From: Bilabrum cf. latius | Lineage: Eukaryota | Reading direction: 5' to 3' | NCBI GenBank assembly: GCA_965178125.1 | Contig: OZ237763.1 | Location: 372,001-436,000, forward strand | DNA: 64,000 nt | Shown: positions 22,129 through 34,710 of the stretch, in pieces | How the letters are laid out: every line of letters starts with the position of its first letter | Position numbering within the stretch: the stretch's first letter is position 1 | Made by a program: the position numbers and the translations under genes | The notes under the pieces: generated by a model | What the model saw: the letters and a program-made list of their open reading frames with translations, nothing else | Told to the model about the DNA's origin: nothing | Databases searched by the model: none

Positions 22129-25100
22129 TCACTGCGCACTCAGCGCCATGTAGTTCGTCCTCGCCCTGCTCCTCAGGCCCTCAGCAGCGTCGCCCGTTGC
22201 GTCCACCATGGACGCAAAGATGCGCTCTCTCTGCTTTCCGCCCGCGCTGGAGCCAGCGCCCCCTTCCTCCTCCTGGGCATCGTGCCCCCCAGCTGCTGCA
22301 GCACCTTGGGACGACACGCCCTGCTGCTCCTCCCCCTGAAGAAGCTCCCACGGATGCCCAAACTCGCCGACCACGCCATCGTCCATCACCAGGATCTTGT
22401 CCGACCCGATGACCGTGTGCAGCCTGTGCGCGATGGTCAGGATGGTCGCCCGCTTGAAATCCTCGGACACTACCTGGTGCACGAGAGCGTCGGCCTCCTG
22501 GTCCAGCGAGGCGCTGGCCTCGTCAAGGCAAAGCACGCGCACGTCGTCGGCGCGCAGCAGCACGCGGCACAGGCAGATGAGAGCGCGCTGCCCCACGCTA
22601 AAGTTCTCGCCGCTCTCCGACACGGGAGCATCCAGCGCCCTGTCGCCCTTCTCCTTGAGCAGCTCCTCCCGCTGTTCCCTGTACTCCACCACGTCGAGCT
22701 CGCCGAAGCGCATGCAGGACGACCATCCGCCCGCGGCACCGCTCGCCACCATGGCCCTGTAGGCCTCCTCCACGGAGGCGGCCGCACCGCTGGCCACGAA
22801 GCCGGCGGCTGCCTGCTCGGCAATCGCGGCGATCTCTGCCTTACGCTGGGCCACGGCCTGCCCCACGGCCACTGCTTCGGCAACGCTGTCCACCTTCCCG
22901 TCGGGGCGCGCATCGGCGGCCACCTTCTCAAGGTCGAGGGGCTCCAGCCCCGCCGCCTCTGACGCCTCGTCCATGTCCACCAGGCCCAGCCTCAGCCGTG
23001 CCTGCACTCGAGCCTGCACTGGACCCATGCCCGCGCCCTCCAGCTCCAGCACCTTGTGCTGGTAGGATCCCCCGGCCTCTGCAGCAGCCGCTTCCTCGCT
23101 CCTCGCGTTCACGAACAGTTTGGCTTCGAGGGAGGACACGGCATCGAACCGCCGGTGGAAGCGGTCGTGCAGCAGCCTGCGCACCGAGGGGCTGGTCACC
23201 GACGCGGCCGCCGACGCACCGCCCGCGGCGCCGTCCTTGGACAGCCTCGCTGCCGCGATGGTGGCATCCCTGTCAAACTTGTCGCGGGCCTCCACGAGGG
23301 CGTCCACGTCGAACCCCGAGGGCAGCTCGAAGGTCCCCTCCAGGTCCTTGGACAAGAACTCGGTCCACCGCTTCTTGATCTCGTCCTCGAGCTTGACCCT
23401 CCGCAATGCCTTCCACATGGCCGCCTCCGCCCCCTCGTCCCCCAGCTTGCCCCTGATCTCGCGGACGGGGTCCAGGTTGTCGCGCACCGTGCCGATGAAC
23501 AGCGTCGGCTCCTGCGGGATGATCGCCAACCGCCTGCGCAGCTGGCCGAGTCCCATCGAATCGACGTCCCTGCCGTCGATCACGATGCTGCCTTCCTTGC
23601 ACTTGGTCTCAACGATCCTGAAGAGGGCAGCCAGCAGGCTGGATTTGCCGGAGCCCGTCCTGCCCACCACGCCGCACGTCTCTCCGGCCTTGAGCGAGAA
23701 ATTCACGCCATGCAGTACCTCCGGCGTGTTGTCGCGGTATCTCATCTTGTACCCCTTGAAGGCCACCTCGCCCTTGCTGGGCCACGAGTCGGGCAGGTCA
23801 GGGTCGTCCTGGGATACTTCCTGCGGGGTCTGCTCCGTCACGCCCATGATCCTCTCGGCGCTGTTCATCTGGTTCTCAACCTCCGCGGCCATGCGCGTGG
23901 TCCAGTTGAGGATGCCGGTGAGGGACATGGAGTAGGTCAGCGCGAAGCCGGCGAGGCCGGCGATGCCTCCGCGGCTCTAGTACTGCGCGCTGACGATCGA
24001 GAGGACTGCAGACACGGCCACGATGAGGTTGCCCATGGTCTCTAGACGGATGGACAGCCACCTGTCGATGGCCCTCTGGGTGTACCACGCCGAGATGTTG
24101 TTTGCCACCAGGCTCTCGTTCCGCATCGCGAAGGGCTGCGCCTTGCCGAAAGCGCGGATGGTGCTGAGGCCGCCGAGCGTCTCTCCAAAGAAGGCGTAGA
24201 TGGGTCCCCTGCTCACGCCCTCGGTCCTCTTGATCTCCCTGCTGGCGTTGCGGAAGTAGCTCATGGCGAAGAAGTAGACGGCCAAGATCGGCACCATCGC
24301 CACACCGAACCAAGGCGTGGCGAACACGATTGCACCCAGAGATCCAATAACTGCGAACAACTTGAAAGAAAATGGGAATCACGAGCGTGGTGAGACTTGG
24401 CGTTGTTTTTGGGGGGCCCATATGACGTGCCAAATAGCGGGCGTGCAGCCAAACGAATGCTAGCAATGAAGGCAGCAGACGAGTCCATAGCCAGACGAAA
24501 CTCACCCAGGAAGATCATGAATGTGAACATGCCGAGGGTCTCCCCGAGCTTGATGTCCACGTCGAAGAGGTCCTTTGAGAAGCGGCTGAGGATGCGCCCC
24601 GAGGGCACAGTGTCGTGGACCGACATGGGCGCCGAGAGCACGGTCTTGTACAGCGCGTCGTGCAGCTTCCTAGAGGCAGCGATGCCCTGCCAAACGAATA
24701 GAATCAGGCGCCCGCCGTTAAGGATAGACTGGAGCACGCCCAGCGCGGCTAGGATGCCCATGTAGAAGCCGAGGCTGTAGTCGCCATCCTCGCTGGTGTT
24801 GCTCCAGAACGCGATCCACCACTGGTTTGCCAATGAGGCGAACTGGGCGAGACCGGTGGACGTCAGCAGGCCGAACGCCATGAGCATCCAGCAGTTGCTC
24901 GTCTGCAGGTACCCGATGTAGTACTTGAGCTGGACCGCGCCCTCCTCCCGGCCCTCGGCGCCGTACTGCTGCCCGGCCTGGTCCGAGGTACCCAGCTGGT
25001 TGGTGCCACTGCTTGCGGTGGCAGGAGTCTTGCCGGCGGCTGCAGGCGAGGGGCGAACCACGGATCCGGACTTGGATGTGAGGACACCCTTGGCCGCCTT

Positions 25101-28100
25101 CTTGAGGTCGGCGCTGCTGGATGCCTTGAGCGACAGCTGCGACATCTTGGCGCGGAAGCCAGCAGACCTCGCCTTTCGGTCCTCCTCGGCGCGGCCCACC
25201 GCCTCCTGCTGGGCCTCACTGACGGGCTCGGCCACATTGAACCCGTCCCTCCACCGCACCTGCACTCCGCCCGAGGCAGGGATCACCAGAGCCACCGCGC
25301 CGTCCTCCTGGCCGACAGCCAGCGACACAGCCACGGCAGAGGCGTCCGCATCAGTGCTGTCCGAGTTCTTGCCCTCGTCCTCCTCCTTCTCCTCCTCGCT
25401 CCTGCTGCCGTCCTCCTCCTGCTTGCCCTCCTCCTTTCCGGCCTCGTCATCGTCATGCGAGTCCCTCGCGGCCTGCTTGTACTGCTCCACCTTGCCCGCG
25501 AACTCGGGGTCCTGCATGAGTGCCTCGAAGGTGCCTGCTTTGACGATCCGCCCGATGCCGTCAGGGCCCTTCTCCAGCACCGCCACGCCGTCGCACTTGC
25601 TCAGCACGTGCACCTGGTGCGTGACCAGGAGGCGGGTCCTGCCGTGCATCGCATCGCGGATGCATCCCGAGAAGAGTTGCTCGGCCACGGCGGGGTCCGT
25701 CGCGGACAGCGGGTCATCTAGAGCCACCACAGAGGCGCGCGAGTAGGCGGCGCGCGCGAGTGCGACCCTCTGCTTCTGTCCCCCGCTGAGGTTCAGCCCC
25801 CTCTCCCCGATCTCAACGAGGTCGCCCTTGTCGAAGATTGCGATGTCATGGCTCAGCTGGCATGCCTCGATCACGGCGGCGTACCGCTCGGCGTCATAGG
25901 GCATACCGAACAAGATGTTGTCACGGAGGGTAGCGTTCTGAATCCACGCCGTCTGCGCCACGTAGGCCATGTCCCCGCCTACCTCCACCTGCCCGGACCC
26001 CTTGAAGAGCTCTCCCAGCACGGCAGAGCACAGGGCACTCTTACCGCTGCCCACGGGGCCGATGACGGCCCACAGCTCCCCCTTAGGGATCTCGAGGTTG
26101 ATGCCTCCCAGCACGGGCGGGACGGAGGCGGAGGCGGCCACGGCCTTCTGGGCCGCTGCCTGGGCCTTCTGCACGTCGGAAGTACCTGCCCGTGCGACAG
26201 GGGTGGGAGTGGGCATGCCACCCGCGGATGCGTCGGAGGCGAGCCTCGCCCGGTCGATCTTGATGGGGGGCGGGACACCGCCGGGGGCGCCGCCAGCTGC
26301 AGTGGCTGCGACGGCCGCGTCGGCGCTGGTGGGTGCGGGCATGGGGCCTAGGTTGGGCGTGTTCTCTGCGGTTGAATCGGCCCTAGGCTTGCTTCCGTCG
26401 GCTGGCACCGCAGCAGATTCAGAAGCGCCGCCGGCCGCAGCGCCCTTGTCCTTCTAGCTCTTCTTTCCGGCCGTCTTGTTCTTCTTCTTGTTCGACTTCT
26501 TGACCTCCACGATGGGCTTGAGCTGGCGCGCAGGATCGTGCCAGTAAAAGGTTCCATCGTTCACGCGGATACCGAGAGCGTCACCGCCGCCGGCACCCGA
26601 GGAGGCTCCTTTTTTGGCCGGTCCGTCCGAGGTCCCGTTCTTGTTCTTCTTGCTGCCGCCCGCGCCATTGTCGATGGCGAGGTAGTCGTCAATCTCCAGG
26701 CCCTGCATGAACAGCTCCACGCGGTTCAGGGAATCGGTCGCGCTGGATACCTCGCTGAGCACGCGGGGGTAGAACATGAGCGGGAAGCGCAGCAGCAGGA
26801 GGATGTTCACTGCGGTGAACACGGTAGAGCTCCTGAACGTGTCGCTAACGCTCGCGTAGGTGATGAGCGTAAACACGGCGATGATGGCCGGCGCGGTGGC
26901 GAGGAGGACCCACGCGCCCACCCCCAGCTTCGCAGCAGCCTCGATGTCCTTGAGCTCCTTTTTACGAGCCTCGCTGACCATGGACATGAAGGACTCCTCC
27001 CAGTTGTAGTACTTGATCGCCTTGATGGACGCGATGCTCTCGTTGGTCAGCTTGACGCGGCTGTCACGGAGCTTGCTCACGCGGGCCCGAATGATCATCA
27101 TGCCGATAAAGAAGCACATGTTGATGGGCACAAGAACGATGCACACGCCGAGCCCCACCATGGCGGGGCCCCAGCCAATGTAGAAAACAAGCAGCCCAAT
27201 GTAACCGAGCATCTGGTAGATGCCATCCCAGATCACGTGGATCTGCAGCATCACAGTGTCGAGCTTCTCGGCGTCTACTTGCATGAGATTCACGATCTTC
27301 CCGACAGAGGTGCCCTGGCGGGCCGCAGGAGACAGCCGCAGCGCCTTGCGGTAGATGGCAGCGGTGAGGCCGGTCCGAACCCTGTAGCCGACGCGAACCA
27401 TCTCGTGGAAGTACTGCGGGCCCAATACAAGTTTACACTTTGAAATTCAAGCGGGTAGATTGGGTATGGAAGCGCATAGATCTAGCCGAGGGTGCACACA
27501 GCTCCCAGCAGTGTATATCCGCATCGGGGAAAGCGCAAGGAAACGCAGCTACAGCCCCCTTGCGAGGGGCAGGTAGCTCAAAATCGCCAACAAGATACTA
27601 TTTCATAACAATGATGACTAAAATGCGGCCTTACCCTATTTTCGGCGAGAGTTTTAAGCGAGAGGGCGAGCAGAATCGCACCTACCCAGACATAGCCGTA
27701 CCAATCCTCAACATCCTCGTCCGAGTCTCCGCTGTACGCTTCAATAGACTCGAGAAGAAAGTTAAGAAAGATGGGCGGCAGGAACTGCAGCGTTGAGTTC
27801 ATGAGCTTCAGAAATCCGGCGTAAATGAATCGGGTGCCCATGATCTCCCTAATCGCGGACTGCACCGGGTGGTCATTCTTCGCGTTCTTTGCATCCATAA
27901 AAGACTTTTCGAACAATTTAGATACCTTTCCTGGCTTGTCATCCTCGGTAACTGGGAACATGTCGTCGTCACCGAGGCGCTTGTAGCCTTGGGTGCCGTC
28001 GGGGCGCGTCACGGTCGTGTTTGCCAACTGCATGATCTCCCCGACCCAGTAGAACACAAGGTGTGAGCAACAGCTTGCTTCATCCTCCAGGGACTGCGAA

Positions 28101-28410
28101 ATAACGAGCAGTCGAGGGAAAAGGGAGAGAAGAGCAACTACTTGCAAACTACCGGGCAAAATGGGAAACAAAATTCAATCCGTCAAGTCCAAAACAAAAT
28201 TCGCGCAGCAAAACTGATCCGTAGGCGGCGTTCATGCCCGGAACCCTTCCACAGGGTAGAATCTGCCACCGCCGTCACTGCTGTTGAAAGATTTTCCCCG
28301 GCTGAGCACAGGCCAGCACACATGACTCCAAAGCTCACAACTGGAAAGGACTTCTTCGATGCATGTTCCGCGTCATGTTGTCCGTCCGCTGGGGACGAAG
28401 CAACTGACAT
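22129..28410 (-). CDS. ABC transporter subfamily C (MRP-like), about 1886 aa; introns 28094-28338, 27414-27634, 24351-24505; 2 TAG=Gln
   Basis: TMD1 (GKIVNLMQVDA), NBD1 (GPVGSGKS, LSGGQKQR), TMD2 (PSGRILSRFSKD, RWLSIRLE), NBD2 (GRTGSGKS, FSVGQ, LDEASAS, IAHRL). TAGs at 26454 and 23977; the exon sum is divisible by 3. Confidence 0.93.
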
Positions 28411-28642
28411 GACGCTCGATATGAGCCAATTTCAAAGTGATGTCGCAGGCGGGGAAATTTGCCGCAGTGTTTCGCACGCAACATTACATTCGGAGTCTAA
28501 ATACACGGATCCGATTTAATGAGACCAAACCATTACTATCTTGCCTGTTACAATATCGAGATTATTTTTTTCCTCTTCACGAGTCGTGGGTTGTAATTTA
28601 TACACAAGTTTCCGTAGCAGACTGGCGTTTGTGTCGGTTTTC

Positions 28643-30055
28643 ATGAAGAGAAGCCGATCAGCCATGGCAGCTTCAGGATCTGGAGCTGGAGAGTCGCCGA
28701 AACGACGCCGTGGGATGAAAGACGGACCTTCAGGGAAATCCACAGAAATCAAGACTGAAACTCTTGGTCTCGGATTCGAAGAGCGTGCTTGGCGCGATGG
28801 GCACTCCGTTGTAGCAGGTGTCGATGAGGCTGGTCGTGGTCCGCTGGCTGGCCCTGTGGTTGCAGCAGCCGTAAGTATACTGCGCAGCAGCAGCTTGGCC
28901 GGGGAGTCGGACTTAGATCCGCCTGTACCAGGTGTCAGGGATAGCAAGCTGATCACGGATGAGAGCGAGCGGGAGCGTCTCTACGAGCAATTGATCGCTC
29001 ACCCGAGGATTCGATGGGGCGTGGCGGCCGTAGACCCGCGTGGGATCGAGAAGATTAACATTCTCTAGGCAGCCATGCGATCGATGGAGCTGTCTTGCCT
29101 TGATATGGCCGGTAGGTTCGAGCCGAGCGAGGCAGACGCAGCAGAGTCATCTGCTTCTGCAGCGGCAGCAGCCGCCGCTTCCTTGCCTCTTGGAGTTTAC
29201 CCGTCCTACGTATTCGTAGATGGAAACCGCATGCCGAAGCGATTCAAGGCCATGGCCGAGTGTGCTGCTGCCAGGGAACAAGGAGAAGGCGTCGGCGTCG
29301 CGGCTTCTGCTGCTGCTCCGTCTGCCCCGGCATCTAAGGCCAAAAGCAAGGGCAAGGGCAAGGGCAAGAAAATCGTCGGGCCGCCAGAACCCACAGCTCC
29401 CGCTGCCGAGTACGCTGACGGTGTGGGAGCGGGGCACAGCGCGAGGGCACTGAAAATGGGGTGGGAGCAGCTCGAGCTAGATCGGGCGCAACGGGCTTCC
29501 GGTGCTGCTGCCTCCGGCGAGGAGCTGCTGGAGCCCGCACAGGCAGTTGCTCTGCCGGCTGGTCGCAAGACAGCTCTGCTGGCAGGGCCGCCCGCCGGCT
29601 TCACTGCCGAGATGGTGATCAAGGGGGACAGCAAGGTGTATTGCATTGCGGCAGCCTCCGTGATCGCCAAGGTGACCCGAGATCGGATCATGCGCCTGAT
29701 AGACCGGAAGTATCCCCAGTACGACCTGGCCCAGCACAAGGGGTATCCCACCCCTGCCCACAAGGGGGCCGTGGTGCGGCTGGGCCCCTCCCCTGTGCAT
29801 CGCTTCTGCTTTGCGCCCATCAAAGGGAACTTTCTGTGGGTGCCAGAGGAGGGGCGGGAGGGTGCGGACAGTAAGTGCTGGGTTAGGCTTGGTGCCAGCA
29901 AGGCCAAGAAGACGAATGGCAAGGGCAAGACGTCTGCCAAGCCGGCTGCCGCTGCTGGTGGCGCGGCGTCCGGGGCGGGAGCGGCAGAGGTGGCAGCACC
30001 GCCTTCGTCGAGAGCGGCACGAGCAGCTCGGAGGGCTGCCACGAAAGGTACTTGA
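28643..30055 (+). CDS. rnhB: Ribonuclease HII, bacterial-type (470 aa; TAG 29066-29068 = Gln)
   Basis: [26 protein letters not shown][TAG]AAM, VDG, KGDSK...[19 protein letters not shown] and HR motifs; ends TGA. Confidence 0.92.
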
Positions 30056-30237
30056 TCCTTGATTTGTTGTCTGGACCGCGGGCCTCTCACACGTTGCTGT
30101 CGCCGCGCGGCTGACTTGCGGAACCACAGCGATTCGGGAACAGGTCATCGGCCCATCACATCGCTACCTTTCCCGCTCTGCTCGACTCTGGGACATCCAC
30201 GTTTCGCAACCAGAACAATAATTGATAAGTCAGGATC

Positions 30238-32145
30238 ATGGCAGCAACAGATGCTTCGACTCCTTGGAGAGCGTACGGGTCGGACCCGTCGCACGAGTAT
30301 TTTCTCATCCTGTTCTACAAATACCTTTCCATTGAAAAGCCCGATGATTTCGCGAAAGGGCAAGAAACTATGTGCGATTCCTTGGGTCTGAGAGGACGCC
30401 TCTTGATTAGTGCCGAGGGAATTAATGGGACGCTAGCCTCCAAGGGAAAGGCAGGCTTGGAAGAGTACGTTGCTAGGATGAGAGCGGACGAGAGATTCAG
30501 CGATATTGATTGGAAAGGATCCTCCGCTGGCGTGCAACCGTTCCCAGATCTTCATGTGCGCCGTGTTTCCGAAATAATCAGTACTGGCGGACAGGTCTTG
30601 CCTCCGTTCAAGCCAGGCGCGCCTCAGCCAGGGCAGAGGCTGCGCCCGGAGGATTTCGACTCCTTGTTGCGGCACGTAATCTAGTAGAAGCATGCAGACG
30701 CCACGGCTGTCGCTGCGGGTGCGAAGCGGGCGAGCGCCGACCAGCCCATGCCGGCAGAGTCTGCAAAGAAGCCGCGCACGGAAGGAGCAGCTGCTTCAGA
30801 CTCGTCGAGCCCGTCTGAAAGTGCAAGGGCCAGCACCCCTCCTTCTGCCCGCTTGGAATCACTCGGCGTGGATCCCAAGGACGTCGTGGTGCTGGATTGC
30901 AGGAACCGAGCAGAGAGCGCAATCGGCTCGTTTGAGGGAGCAGAGCCCATCCCGATGTCCACCTTCGCTCAGTTTCCAAGATGGGCACAGCAGAACAAAG
31001 ATAGAATTCAGGGGAAAGCTGCGATCATGTTTTGCACGGGAGGAGTCAGGTGCGAGAAGGCGAGCGCACTGCTCAAGCAGCTGGGCGCCAAGGAGGCCTT
31101 CCACCTCTCCGGTGGCATCCACAGGTACGTCGAGAAGTTCGGGGATGGGGGGCTGTACAAGGGAAAGAACTTCGTGTTCGACCGGAGGGTTGCCCTCGGG
31201 GCAGACGACACGAAGGCACCCGCGGTGGCAAGCAAGTCTAGCGGTGTGGCTGCTGCGGCGGCTGGTGGCCCGGCCTCCGGGGCTGGGGCTGGGGCTGGCG
31301 ACCAGAGCACCGTGCCGTTCGGTCGATGCGTGGACTGCAGCAAGCCATGGGAGAAGCTTACCGGGCGGATGGTCTGCGAGGTCTGCCGAGAGCTGGTGCT
31401 GTGCTGTGACGAGTGCACGGGGAGGGACGGCGGGGTAGCTCTGTGCGAGGACCACAGGTACCTGCGGGGGCACTACTACTGGCATCTGGAACGGTTCGGT
31501 CTGGAGGCGCTCAAGAAACAGAGGGCGGCCATGGAGACTTTCGGTCGACGAATGGATGCACAGGCGGCGCACGAGCTGGCTCTAAGTAGGACGCGCAAGC
31601 TGGCCGAGAAAGCCCTGCGAGCACAGGCTGCGAAAGAAGCGGTGGCATCTGGCAGTTCTGGACAGCCTCCCGCAGTCGGGGCGGGGGCCGGGGTAGCAAC
31701 CGAGGCACGAGCTGAACCTCCATCAGCCCCTTCTGCTTCGTCCTCTTCATCCTCGGCTTCGTCTGCTGCCGCGGTTGCGCCCTCAGCAGCTGGTCCCGAT
31801 CCGGGGGCCGGCGCGGCGCCGCCTCAAGGTGCGGAACCAACGAATCCTGAGACCGTGCAGCTCCCCCCCGCCTCCAAGAACAGGCGAAAGATGGTTCGCA
31901 GGCAGATCGCCCGATTGGACGAGCGGATCGCAGCTCTGGAAGCCGGCACTGCTTCCAGCAGCGGCACCACTGCGGCCCCCTGCCGCACCTGTGGCAGGCC
32001 AGAGTGCCGGGGCACTTGCTGGGGGTTCTGGGTGGACGAGGGGCGGGCGGCGCACCACGAATTCAGGGCTAGGGCGAAGGACCACGTTGCTGAAGGGGCT
32101 GGAGGTGCGGGCGTGGGCAGCGCGCCTGTGGCAATGGCGAGCTAA
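30238..32145 (+). CDS. Rhodanese-domain protein of the TrhO/UPF0176/TSTD2 family (635 aa; tandem TAG-TAG at 30682-30687)
   Basis: ILFYKY...LGLRGRLLISAEGINGTL, FPDLHVR, VVLDCRNRAESAIGSF, MFCTGGVRCEK, LSGGIHRY, YKGKNFVFDRR and a Cys-rich tail; ends TAA. Confidence 0.88.
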
Positions 32146-32724
32146 TACTACTTTCTTCTAGTACTACTAGTAGCAGAGCGCTGCGATGGCTGGAGGCTAC
32201 GCTGCGACATTTTGAATCGTATTTGATGTTCACTTACGATTCCCAAGTTAACATTTCTTGCGATTGCTTTTTGTTTTCAACCAATAGGGTGTGTGGCCAC
32301 TTGCTTTTGCTCGGATCGGATCAAAGTCGGCGACACGAGGTGACGCGTTAGGTTCGATCGTTTGAGGTTCGACGGAAAAGTGCCACGCGGCAGTTCTCTG
32401 CAGAAGATTTTTCAATTGGTACTGGTTCGAAGCATAATGTTTCCGATAGTGTATCGCGCAAGATCAAAGAGTGATACTTCAAGCTCAGCTTCTTGGGCGC
32501 GTACGGGGCAATACGTAGGTACCGCCCAGCAGAACAATGCTTCGGACAGGGCATCACCCGTCTCGCTTGAGATGCCTGCTTCTGTCGAGCGTGCTCACTG
32601 TAAGAAAAGAAATGATAACTACAATTAAGATTGCGCCTCATTATATTTTTCGCCAATCTACCCGGAAAATCGGCGTAGCTATGCGGAATCGCCGAGCGGC
32701 CGCAGAGAGCGGCGCCAGGGCGCG

Positions 32725-34614
32725 ATGCTCGGACGCCCCTTGAAGCCTACCGCAGCATACAATCAAGCGCCACAACCACTGCCACAAGGATTCTTCACCC
32801 CAAACAATCGTTTTTCCTGTCTCTGGGACGCAGCTAGACAGGTAGGCCTGACGCCAGCGAATGCCTACCGGAGGGTGATATCTGGCCTGAGCGGTGATAG
32901 TGGGGTAGCGCTCGTACGCTTCGAAGCGGCAGGTATTGCCGGCGACACATACAATGAATCTCGATGGGCCGTTCCATAGGAGGCGCAGAGCGCTGCTTGC
33001 TCACAGGCCGCTCTGTCGGTGGCAGGCAGCCAGGCTGCGTTCGAACTGACGGCTGCCAGCAAGGCACAAGCCGACAAGGCTTCGACCGACGAGGCCAAGA
33101 ATGACGAGGAAAAGTACAGTACCCTGTGGAATATTGGGCTTGCAGCGCTTGTCTGCTGCGTGTATGCGTCTGGTTTCTTCGTGAACTCGGCGGCCTCGAG
33201 GCTCCTCCCAGAGGAGTCCACGGGGCCTGCCCAGCTCATGGTGATGATGGCCGTGGGTAGGATCATCGGACTAGCCAGCACGTTTGCCATGCTAGCTTGC
33301 ATGGGTGGCCTGCCGTCCAAGGAACACTCGGAGCGGATGTTCTGCTCCCCGTGTGCCGGCGGAGTCGTCTCCATCTTCATCCAGATGTTTGTGCTGCTGG
33401 GCTTCATCCCATACTTCATCCTGAGCGCGACCGGTGACATCTCGGCTATCGCACCTTTGGTTGGTGTGCACAGCATGGTTCCAGTCGTGTACGGCATGCT
33501 GATCGGAGGTGAGCGGAGGACCATGCTCAAGGTTATCGCGGCTCTGCTGTCGCTCGCCTCTGTGCTTCTGCTCGGGTTTGCTGCCACGGGTGGCAACCAG
33601 GGGGCGTCGGAGGAACACAACGTAGGTATCAGCTAGAATGGCACTAGTGGGATCGATGCCGTGCAGTCGGCAGAGCAGCCCGCTGGTGGATCTGCATCAA
33701 CGGCGCAGAGTGAAGGGGGCAGCTCGCTGGGGTAGCAGCTCACGCAGTTCGGGCTGCTCGCGCTTGTGATCAGCATCTGGGGTACAACCGACCAGATTTC
33801 GAGCGGCATGGCGAGGCGGATACAGCTGTACAGCGTCATCATTACGAATCTGTTTGGCGTGATGATCGTTCTGTGCGCCGGTCTCGCGTACACCTCGTGG
33901 GTGCAGCCCGTCGGATCGTGGGGACCATTTAGCTGGACGCACGCCATGTACGTGGGTAGCAACGCGCTTGCAATCTGGGCTTGGTTTTTGTTTGTGCGCT
34001 TGGGTAAGCAGTGCGAAGCCAGCATTTTTGTGCCAATTGTGGGATCCTACCCGACTGCTACTGCGCTGCTAAGCGTGGCGATCCTCGGGGAGACGATGAC
34101 ATGGGTCAAGGTCGGGGGGCTGCTGCTAACTCTCGCTGCAATCGGTGCGCTGGGCTGGTCTGACGCGGACTCAAAGCAACAGAAGCAAAAGGAAAATGCT
34201 ACAAAAGTTGTAGCCAAGGACGGAAGCGACCAAGGCAAGCTAGACAAGGATTTGCGGTCAGTGCGTGCCGGCCTCAGCGGAGCATTCGCAGCAGCTCTGC
34301 CCGCAGACAGCTCTGTTGCGGGCCTGAGTGCCAGTGCTTCGACTGCGGATCTTGCTTCCGTGCGCGCAGAACTCTTTCCTGGTGCGGGTCTGCAGGTCGC
34401 TGACAAGATTGAGGCCTTCGCGATAGCGGGTTGTGACCCGTCCTCACGAGTAGGGAGTCCCACTGCATACGGAGGGACAGGGACCGCGCAGGCCAGTGAA
34501 AGCAAGGAAGTTGACAGAGAATGCACGACAACACGGTATGAATGCCCGTCCTTGGAAAGTGGTGGTGCAGCTGCGCCGGCCCTACATTTGCCTGCTGTCT
34601 CTGGCACTGTGTGA
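32725..34614 (+). CDS. DMT/EamA-like multi-pass membrane transporter (start uncertain; TAG at 32977, 33634, 33733)
   Basis: Two 5-TM repeats (ISAIAPL...LIGGERRT; ASIFVPIVGSYP...ILGETMTWVKVGG) joined in frame across the TAGs; ends TGA. Confidence 0.75.
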
Positions 34615-34710
34615 TTGCGGCACGCTCTGTTGCTCTTGCACAAACGATCGCAGCGACTTCATTGCGCGATTGATACCTTTAAAATGGATACTATAGACTT
34701 ATTTATAAAT

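Noticed and set aside
2304-32145. ELP1 and the TrhO-like gene (both linked to tRNA U34 modification) as a cluster related to the code change
   Set aside because: They are 20 kb apart among unrelated genes, and a CUA-anticodon tRNA would not need U34 modification; likely coincidence.
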